From: a virus
Lineage: Duplodnaviria; Heunggongvirae; Uroviricota; Caudoviricetes
Reading direction: 5' to 3' (one strand)
DNA length: 64,000 nucleotides
Virus record (IMG/VR): IMGVR_UViG_3300028888_000051
Coordinates: 1 to 64,000 of that record
The notes beneath the pieces were generated by a model. It was not told the origin of the DNA, ran no database searches, and saw nothing but the letters and a program-made list of their open reading frames with translations. Positions 57,452-64,000 of the stretch are shown piece after piece. A program made the translations under genes and the position numbers. Positions within the stretch are counted from its first letter, which is position 1, and each line of letters starts with the position of its first letter.

Positions 57452-57775
57452 TTAATTATAACCATCATTTTCTATATCATAAGTATTAAATGGATCATCA
57501 TCGTCATATGAATCATAGTCTTCTTCTTCATCATCATCTTCATCATATTTATATCCATCTAAATCATCAAGATCAATGCGTTCTGAAGAAGGATATAAAA
57601 TAAGTATACCACCTTCACAGCCATATGAGGTATCACCTGTTGGATCGAAAGTATTAAAGTTATTTCCTTCTTCGTCACTAGACATTACTACGGGAATATC
57701 TCCTTCTTTTTCTAGTAAATCCTGCAGGTTTTCGATTAATGTAGAAAGTTTAGCTGTTTTAATAGTAACACTCAT
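57452..57775 (-). CDS. Very acidic small protein
   Basis: GDIPVV.SSDEEGN; Asp/Glu-rich tail. Confidence 0.65.
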   Translation of the reverse strand: MSVTIKTAKLSTLIENLQDLLEKEGDIPVVMSSDEEGNNFNTFDPTGDTSYGCEGGILILYPSSERIDLDDLDGYKYDEDDDEEEDYDSYDDDDPFNTYDIENDGYN

Positions 57776-57891
57776 TTTATATTTCTCCAAAAGCAAGGTT
57801 ATATAACATATTAAAATTTAAAAGTAAATAACTTTTTGTAATAACATTGAACTATTTTTGTTTTAAATTCTACTAAAATAATTTTCCATTT

Positions 57892-58257
57892 CTATACATT
57901 AACTTTTATTTTTCTATCTACCGTTATATTAACTATACCTTTTGGATAGTCTTTGCCATAAGCTTCGTATAAGTCAGTATATAGATGTTGTATGAGTCTT
58001 ACATGATCTTTAGTTAAATGCATATATTGTTCTTTTTCTATATCAACGCCAGTATATATAATAAATTTATAATATGCTTTAGTCATAGCTTCTAGCATTT
58101 CATCTGGGTCTGAATGATTATAATAGCGTCCAATAGGATGTACACACATCATATTCCAAATACCAGACTGCTGAACAGCCATATAAGCCCAAAACATTTC
58201 TTTTGGAATAGCTGACATGTATATGAGATTTTTAAATTTATCATCTACTTCACTCAT
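57892..58257 (-). CDS. Hypothetical protein
   Basis: AY..VQ.SG..NM; coupled ORF. Confidence 0.6.
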   Translation of the reverse strand: MSEVDDKFKNLIYMSAIPKEMFWAYMAVQQSGIWNMMCVHPIGRYYNHSDPDEMLEAMTKAYYKFIIYTGVDIEKEQYMHLTKDHVRLIQHLYTDLYEAYGKDYPKGIVNITVDRKIKVNV

Positions 58258-58607
58258 CTCTGTTCTCCTTCGACTAATTTATTCATTACAAAATATGTTT
58301 CTATTTCATTTTCAGTCATATAGAATAAAGTATTTTCATCATATAGACAATCATTAGGGAATCTATGTAATGCTAAACCTCTGCTTTCAAATACTTTTTG
58401 CATATCTCTAAGTATATCTAGAGCTAATTCTTTAAATGCATATGGAAAGTGAAATTGCCAATGACCTTTATTATCATATAAAGGCTGAGCTACTTCACCT
58501 GTTTCAGCAATTATATTTTCTAAAAGAATACTCAAAGTCTTTTTTAATTTAGGCTTTTGCCGAAGTCTTGCCATTGCATCTAATCTTCTTTTAGTTAAAT
58601 CAGTCAT
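58254..58607 (-). CDS. Hypothetical protein with a tag-like C-terminus
   Basis: NEIETYFVMNKL. Confidence 0.6.
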   Translation of the reverse strand: MTDLTKRRLDAMARLRQKPKLKKTLSILLENIIAETGEVAQPLYDNKGHWQFHFPYAFKELALDILRDMQKVFESRGLALHRFPNDCLYDENTLFYMTENEIETYFVMNKLVEGEQR

Positions 58608-58627
58608 TGTTATTCACCCCCTTTATG

Positions 58628-58903
58628 TTAATTTGATAGTTTATTACATATATAGAAATCAGTAAAGTCTTTATGACTCATTTTAAATATGTGTTTAGTT
58701 TCTTCATATGGAATACCATATAAATCAGCATTAGTTTTAATAAGAGTAATAAAAAGATTTTGTGGATCTTTCTCATTAATACTTTTATATATAATAAGTT
58801 CTTTATCTGTTACACGTAGTATTCCACCTTCTTCTAAATTTTGTGCAATACTAGTTGTCAGATTGGCTATTTGTTCCATCTCTTGAGTTGTTAATCGTGT
58901 CAT
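58628..58903 (-). CDS. Hypothetical protein with a tag-like C-terminus
   Basis: DFTDFYICNKLSN. Confidence 0.6.
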   Translation of the reverse strand: MTRLTTQEMEQIANLTTSIAQNLEEGGILRVTDKELIIYKSINEKDPQNLFITLIKTNADLYGIPYEETKHIFKMSHKDFTDFYICNKLSN

Positions 58904-59183
58904 TGTTAACCTCCTTTTGAGTCATTGCATGAAGAATGTATGGAATTAATTCCACAGTATAATCGGTTATATGAGGAGCAAAGAGTTCAAATTCCTCTTT
59001 TGTTACACCTCTTTCTGGTAATCTATTCTTAAACTTTTGAAGGAGAACCTGAAATTTCTGAGCACTATCTGAAGTCTTATTAAGACAAGCATTAGCTAAA
59101 TCAGAAAATTCAGTATAATTATTATCAATTATATTTCTAGCTTCTTCAATAAAAATATTACCAATTTCTTCTATAGTCTTCAT
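58851..59183 (-). CDS. Hypothetical protein
   Basis: AAGGAG RBS. Confidence 0.6.
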   Translation of the reverse strand: MKTIEEIGNIFIEEARNIIDNNYTEFSDLANACLNKTSDSAQKFQVLLQKFKNRLPERGVTKEEFELFAPHITDYTVELIPYILHAMTQKEVNNDTINNSRDGTNSQSDN

Positions 59184-59193
59184 TTATATCTCC

Positions 59194-59436
59194 TTATACA
59201 TTTGTAGCTATAATTTCTGTTTCTGTTTCTCCATTCTTATAGTTAGGATAGAGTTTTACAAAAACAATTTTATGTGTTTTATATTCTTTGATTAATTCAT
59301 CATATTTGGTTTTACCTTCTTTTAAACCATCTATAATTGTTTTTACTGTATTACTATTAGTATCGATTTTAGATACCGTATAGAATTCAAATTTTTTATT
59401 AGTATTTAGATCTTCAACTATATATTTACAAGTCAT
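59194..59436 (-). CDS. Hypothetical protein
   Basis: AAGGAG RBS. Confidence 0.6.
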   Translation of the reverse strand: MTCKYIVEDLNTNKKFEFYTVSKIDTNSNTVKTIIDGLKEGKTKYDELIKEYKTHKIVFVKLYPNYKNGETETEIIATNV

Positions 59437-59508
59437 TATGAATCTCCTTACTAAAAAGATTAGATAGAGTAGAGAGGATAACTATTATTACCCTCTCTAT
59501 ATTATATA

Positions 59509-59640
59509 TTATTCATAGATGATATCAAAAATACTTGGACCATTAGCCGCACGTAATTGATTCATAGCTTTAATTGCATCTTCCATTGTTAAATATGGTT
59601 GAGGTAATTTAACACCATTCATTACTATATAACACATCAT
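59509..59640 (-). CDS. 43-aa protein missing from the ORF track
   Basis: AAAGGAG RBS; MMCYIVMNGVKLPQPYLTMEDAIKAMNQLRAANGPSIFDIIYE. Confidence 0.6.
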   Translation of the reverse strand: MMCYIVMNGVKLPQPYLTMEDAIKAMNQLRAANGPSIFDIIYE

Positions 59641-59688
59641 GATTAATCTCCTTTACTAAAATATTGAAACAAAAGATAAAATTTAATT

Positions 59689-59760
59689 TTATTTACGCTT
59701 TCCACCATTTTTAATTTTCTTTAAGCCTGCTAAAAAAGATGTACGTGTTGATTTTGCCAT
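59689..59760 (-). CDS. 23-aa basic peptide missing from the ORF track
   Basis: AAAGGAG RBS; MAKSTRTSFLAGLKKIKNGGKRK. Confidence 0.5.
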   Translation of the reverse strand: MAKSTRTSFLAGLKKIKNGGKRK

Positions 59761-59786
59761 AGTTGTTACTCCTTTCTGTTAATAAA

Positions 59787-60071
59787 TTAATCTAAATGAT
59801 CTTCGACATATTCATGATTTGGATCATATTCACAATAATCAAAAGCCTTTTTAGAACATCTAACAAGTTCAGAATCAGGTAAACCCATATCAATAGGTTT
59901 AACTATTGGATGAAAATTATCATGCTTTTCATCATAATATACATTTTTCATCATAGGCATAAGAATCATTTGGGTTTTAGTAATACGTAAGATTTTATAA
60001 AATTCATATATAATCATACTCCATCCTACTTGTTTAACTACTATATCACCAACATTAACAGACTGTAACAT
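59787..60071 (-). CDS. Hypothetical protein
   Basis: GGAGG RBS. Confidence 0.6.
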   Translation of the reverse strand: MLQSVNVGDIVVKQVGWSMIIYEFYKILRITKTQMILMPMMKNVYYDEKHDNFHPIVKPIDMGLPDSELVRCSKKAFDYCEYDPNHEYVEDHLD

Positions 60072-60611
60072 TTATACCTCCTCTACTATAGGTTGATATG
60101 TTTGATAACCTTCAAAAAGTTTTTCAACTTCTTCTTTGGTTTCTGCTGTAAATCTTTTTGCTAAAAATTTATCATAAACAGGCCAAACATGTCTTGATGA
60201 TTTCTTTTTAATATAATTTCTTGATCCACAAAATAACATAGATACAACAAATGTCTTTTTAACTACTTTAGTTTGAGTCTTTTTATATTCAATAAACTCA
60301 CGTGCATACTGTAACCATAAATCTTTATCTTTACTATGTGTCCACCAGTCATAATTTCTTTCTTTCATAAACTTGTTAGCAAGTGTAACATTTTTTCTCC
60401 AAGATGCTGAATAGAATCTATCACCAGAACCTGTAGAATATAATTCAAATACAGCTCTTAATTCATCATTATTTGCTGTTGGAAATTCTTTACTAAAATA
60501 AGTCATATGATAACGTGACCAATCTTTAGGAAAAACATTACTTGATGCACATATACAATCGAATGTACCATCAGGTAATTGTTTAATAGATTTATAAATT
60601 TCGTAACTCAT
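60072..60611 (-). CDS. Hypothetical protein
   Basis: Start moved to MSYEI after AAGGA. Confidence 0.6.
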   Translation of the reverse strand: MSYEIYKSIKQLPDGTFDCICASSNVFPKDWSRYHMTYFSKEFPTANNDELRAVFELYSTGSGDRFYSASWRKNVTLANKFMKERNYDWWTHSKDKDLWLQYAREFIEYKKTQTKVVKKTFVVSMLFCGSRNYIKKKSSRHVWPVYDKFLAKRFTAETKEEVEKLFEGYQTYQPIVEEV

Positions 60612-60657
60612 ATTTCTGTTCCTTTCATTCTGTTGTGGTTGTGAGGGAGAACCAGGC

Positions 60658-60936
60658 TTACTCATATATAGTTGAGATTACCCAGTTCTTTGTATATTTG
60701 TTTGGGTTATATAAAAGAAAGCATATCCATTCATGTGTATCCTTATTTGTTAAATTTAAGGTGTCACTAGCATCTGCTTTATTTCCATATTCCCATTGAT
60801 TAACAATATACTGACCTTTCTTTATAATCAATCCTTTTGGATATATGTCTTTGCCAGGCTTTACATCTTTAGGTATTGTAACTATAGCACGTATTTCTGT
60901 CATAGCTTTATTCCTTTTAGATACATGTTGATTCAA
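60658..60936 (-). CDS. Hypothetical protein
   Basis: Operon ORF. Confidence 0.5.
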   Translation of the reverse strand: MNQHVSKRNKAMTEIRAIVTIPKDVKPGKDIYPKGLIIKKGQYIVNQWEYGNKADASDTLNLTNKDTHEWICFLLYNPNKYTKNWVISTIYE

Positions 60937-61144
60937 TTAGTTTATAATCTATTTGTCTTACTACAAAACCTCGTGGACCAAACTTATCAGTAATTCTTTT
61001 AAGTTCAGCTTCAGCTTGTTTCTTTGTAGTATAACCACCATAGATATTATTTAAGTCTATTTGACAAAAATTATCTTCATAACATAAGACCCATACTTTT
61101 TTAGACATCATTAGATTCCTTTCATTATCTATTAATAAAATCAA
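60917..61144 (-). CDS. Hypothetical protein
   Basis: Operon ORF; G.Y.TKKQAE. Confidence 0.5.
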   Translation of the reverse strand: MILLIDNERNLMMSKKVWVLCYEDNFCQIDLNNIYGGYTTKKQAEAELKRITDKFGPRGFVVRQIDYKLIESTCI

Positions 61145-61346
61145 ATACTTCTTCTTTAGCTTTATCTAAAGTATTACAGAAATATTCATCTGTACTGATT
61201 TCAAAATTATCTTCGATAGTTAACGTATCTATATAATCTAGAAATTTTTGTTGATCATCTGCATTAGAAAATGTCCAAGTTGCATCATTATCTGGATTAC
61301 CATTACAATCTAATTCAGTAACAGTAACTGTAAAGATTTTATTCAT
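61125..61346 (-). CDS. Small acidic hypothetical protein
   Basis: AAGGAG RBS. Confidence 0.55.
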   Translation of the reverse strand: MNKIFTVTVTELDCNGNPDNDATWTFSNADDQQKFLDYIDTLTIEDNFEISTDEYFCNTLDKAKEEVFDFINR

Positions 61347-61758
61347 GTCCTAACTCCTTCCAATGTTTAATTACCCAAGAAGCATTTTGATTAATGTCTT
61401 TAGCTAATGCTTCAAAATTAGTTGTTTCATATATGCAGTATTCACAATCATCACATACATCTCCATTATCAGGATTATATGGAAGATTAAAATCTACATC
61501 ATAATCACATTGCATCATACTATTAGATGGTTGATAACCTACTTTAACAGCAAGTCTCCAAGTATCATCTTGATATTTATCTTTATCAGGATCATTCTTA
61601 TCAAAACCATCTGTCCAACCTAAGACAATACTTATGTCTTTATTGTCATCAGTATTAGCATATACTTTCCAATGATAACAACCACCTTGTTCTTTAGTAG
61701 AAGCAAGATAGTCTGCAGCTTTTTTAAGTTCAGTTGCTGTTACATATAATTTAGTCAT
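61339..61758 (-). CDS. Hypothetical protein
   Basis: AAGGAGGT RBS. Confidence 0.65.
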   Translation of the reverse strand: MTKLYVTATELKKAADYLASTKEQGGCYHWKVYANTDDNKDISIVLGWTDGFDKNDPDKDKYQDDTWRLAVKVGYQPSNSMMQCDYDVDFNLPYNPDNGDVCDDCEYCIYETTNFEALAKDINQNASWVIKHWKELGHE

Positions 61759-61768
61759 TATTACCTCC

Positions 61769-62614
61769 TTACAAAATATCTTTAGTTTGGATTTTAAATT
61801 CTAATGGATTACAACAATTTTCATTAAGTTTGTTTGTAATGGCATCAAATACAGTATCTATAGATAATCTATTTGCATTTAATATTTCTCTAAATTTACC
61901 ATCAAACATTTCATTAAAAATTTCTTCTTTAAATTTAACTAATGTTTTTAATAATTCAGATCTAAATTTATCTTCTGCTTTAAGAGTCAGAGCAATTGTA
62001 TTACCTCCATCACTAAGTGTTGCTAAATCACTAAAAGAATATTTATTTAGTCCAACAAACTTTAAATCATTTTCTAAAGATGCTGCATACATTGTATTAA
62101 ATACTTTTAGCTTATAATCATTTCTCAAAGCAGGTTCAGGATATTTTTCTGTAGGAATATATTTTACAGAATCTTTTAGAATAGCAAATGTTTTAAAATG
62201 TTTACGTTTATTTCTTTCATTATTAAATGATGATGTACCAAGACCAAATCTTTTGGTATTATAAAAATTAAGTACTTCTGGATAATCATTTCTAGCTAAA
62301 TAAATATTTGCATATTTTACAAAACTATCTATTGTACCTGTATTATTTTGATAGCAAGCATTAGTAACTGCTTCCCAACAATAAGAAAACAAATTAACTT
62401 CAACTACTTCATATTCGAAAACATCACATTCATCTCTATTTACTTTTTCAATATCCTCTTTATCAATAACAAAAGCTCTTTTTGAATATGATATATCATT
62501 ACTAAATACTTGTGATACTGTACCTTCTAAAGTATATAGACTACCAATATCATTACATAAAGCATCTTTACGTATATTTACATAATATTTTTTTCTAGTA
62601 TTCATATCTAACAT
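61769..62614 (-). CDS. Hypothetical protein
   Basis: 281-aa ORF with RBS. Confidence 0.65.
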   Translation of the reverse strand: MLDMNTRKKYYVNIRKDALCNDIGSLYTLEGTVSQVFSNDISYSKRAFVIDKEDIEKVNRDECDVFEYEVVEVNLFSYCWEAVTNACYQNNTGTIDSFVKYANIYLARNDYPEVLNFYNTKRFGLGTSSFNNERNKRKHFKTFAILKDSVKYIPTEKYPEPALRNDYKLKVFNTMYAASLENDLKFVGLNKYSFSDLATLSDGGNTIALTLKAEDKFRSELLKTLVKFKEEIFNEMFDGKFREILNANRLSIDTVFDAITNKLNENCCNPLEFKIQTKDIL

Positions 62615-62925
62615 ATTATATCTCCTTTCAATTTATAAAAAGTCACAAGTGATTCAAGTTGTTCATCAGTAATAACAATAACATTACTTCCATATAAAGG
62701 AAGAAGTAAGCCACAATCATTTTTTATCACAGCTCTAAGCTCTCGTGTTTTAAGATCTTGATAAGCTCGACTACCACAATAACCAGCACAAATCCAATTG
62801 ATATCATCATTGGCATTTATTATATATCTGGTTTTAGGTGTAAAGATATCAGCTGTTACAAAAATACGTTTATAAATTATTTTTTTCATATTTTTATAAA
62901 GTAATGCTCTTTGATATTCTTTCAT
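62608..62925 (-). CDS. Hypothetical protein with the C-terminal tag
   Basis: Ends ESLVTFYKLKGDIIC. Confidence 0.6.
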   Translation of the reverse strand: MKEYQRALLYKNMKKIIYKRIFVTADIFTPKTRYIINANDDINWICAGYCGSRAYQDLKTRELRAVIKNDCGLLLPLYGSNVIVITDEQLESLVTFYKLKGDIIC

Positions 62926-62963
62926 GACTTAATCACCATCCTTTCTATAAAGTAGACTTTTTT

Positions 62964-63036
62964 TGACCGTAGAATAACATCTTTTAATTTCTTAGATAAA
63001 CTATAAGGAAAATTAAATTCAGCTATTCTACGGTCA
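62964..63036. other. Long intergenic stem-loop
   Basis: tgaccgtagaata/tattctacggtca outer stem with an imperfect inner stem. Confidence 0.65.
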
Positions 63037-63051
63037 TTTAATGAGATTTAT

Positions 63052-63456
63052 TTATGATTTTAGAGGTTGTTCTTTAAACATTAAAATGTCACCACCATCA
63101 ATATTAAAATCATAAGACTGATTATATTTAGCGCAATTAACATAATTACTAAAGACTTTACCCATATTAGTAGTTTTACCAGTATGTAATAACTTACCAT
63201 TTGGACTAAAGACTTTAATTAAACCTTCTTTTTTATAGAAGAATTTAACATTCTGACGCGTAATTCTTATTGCTCCAGCAAAATCATCTTGCTGAAGATC
63301 CTGGTCAACAGTTTGTGGTTGTACCGTATCTTCAACAAATTCAATTTTAAAGAAGTTACGTTGTGGTCCCATATTAGCTAAACATTCTTTAGCATCCTCT
63401 TCTTTATGGAAAGAAGCTTTAACAACTGAACCGTTTTTACGAATGACTTTATACAT
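63052..63456 (-). CDS. Hypothetical protein with a degenerate GIY-YIG-like C-terminal half
   Basis: GLIKVFSPNGKLLHTGKTTNM; own promoter. Confidence 0.5.
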   Translation of the reverse strand: MYKVIRKNGSVVKASFHKEEDAKECLANMGPQRNFFKIEFVEDTVQPQTVDQDLQQDDFAGAIRITRQNVKFFYKKEGLIKVFSPNGKLLHTGKTTNMGKVFSNYVNCAKYNQSYDFNIDGGDILMFKEQPLKS

Positions 63457-63520
63457 GATATTTTCCTTTCAAAAGTTAATGTTAAATTAAATAAACTATT
63501 TATTAGATAAAGTAAAACCA

Positions 63521-63982
63521 TTAATTGTTATCTTCAACAATCTCTGCTTCACTAAAATCTATAAGGGTTGTAGCCATAATACTTGCATTTTTAGTGGGTT
63601 TAACTCCTGTCAAATGCATATGTTTTTCAATTCTTGGTATCATAGTATCTAGTAGATACAGAGCTGCTTGACGTGCATCTACTATTCTAATTGCTTTACC
63701 TCTGACACCAAGACCAGCTTCTTTTAATAAAGCTTTTAGACTAGGATCATTAACAAAGTTAAGATAAAAGTCTGCAGCTTTTTCTCTTTTTTCTTTCTTT
63801 AAAGCATTACGTATATTACTATACATATTCTTATAAATTTGTTTGGTTGTTTCAGAACATTGAGCTAAACGTTTGTTATGTTTAACATAATCATCCCAAG
63901 CTTCATTCAATATTCTTCTACACACTTCTCTACCATTATAATAAGTCATAAACCTATCATAATATTCTTCAGCATATTGCAT
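63521..63982 (-). CDS. Hypothetical protein, may begin beyond the window
   Basis: ORF near the window edge. Confidence 0.55.
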   Translation of the reverse strand: MQYAEEYYDRFMTYYNGREVCRRILNEAWDDYVKHNKRLAQCSETTKQIYKNMYSNIRNALKKEKREKAADFYLNFVNDPSLKALLKEAGLGVRGKAIRIVDARQAALYLLDTMIPRIEKHMHLTGVKPTKNASIMATTLIDFSEAEIVEDNN

Positions 63983-64000
63983 ATAGTATTCAATATGTTC

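Noticed and set aside
844-62117. Many short antisense or alternative-frame ORFs in the track (e.g. 2708-3103, 9815-10099, 30468-30695, 48680-48976, 61830-62117)
   Set aside because: They overlap well-supported genes, lack an RBS and have shadow-frame composition

Overview
Very AT-rich, gene-dense segment of a large (probably jumbo) tailed dsDNA phage using the standard genetic code. It is myovirus-like, judged from a T4 gp23-type major capsid protein. The host is probably anaerobic or facultative (class III RNR). The 1-16.7 kb region (+) carries replication and nucleotide genes: AEP primase, adenine MTase, dUTPase, dNMP kinase, QueC-like protein, tandem AAA+, a ThyA-fold enzyme, NrdG, a split NrdD and a GIY-YIG endonuclease. 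The 16.7-52.7 kb region (mostly -) carries PIF1 helicase, AAA+, Hsp20, RNA repair genes, an HslV-like protease, NAD ligase, dCMP deaminase, M16 peptidase, a lone receiver domain and a long array of small ORFs. The 53-57 kb region (+) has the major capsid protein, an HNH gene, an MTase-like fusion and a likely head protein. The 57-64 kb region (-) has small early ORFs. Highlights: (1) about 25 otherwise divergent proteins share a C-terminal [DN]-[ED]-L-Y-T-L-x-K-[LM] motif, several attached to recognisable borrowed pieces (PolB motif A, tail-fibre repeat, BspA LRR, RNAP alpha-CTD); (2) the thymidylate synthase homolog carries His147->Val and Asn177->Asp (E. coli numbering), the pattern expected of a dCMP-specific enzyme; (3) a separate N-terminal leader occurs on putative late proteins; (4) two promoter classes, plus an RBS-sequestering hairpin on the homing endonuclease gene; (5) NrdD is split by one in-frame stop. 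All calls come from reading motifs by eye; no database searches were run. No tRNA, rRNA or CRISPR array was seen.
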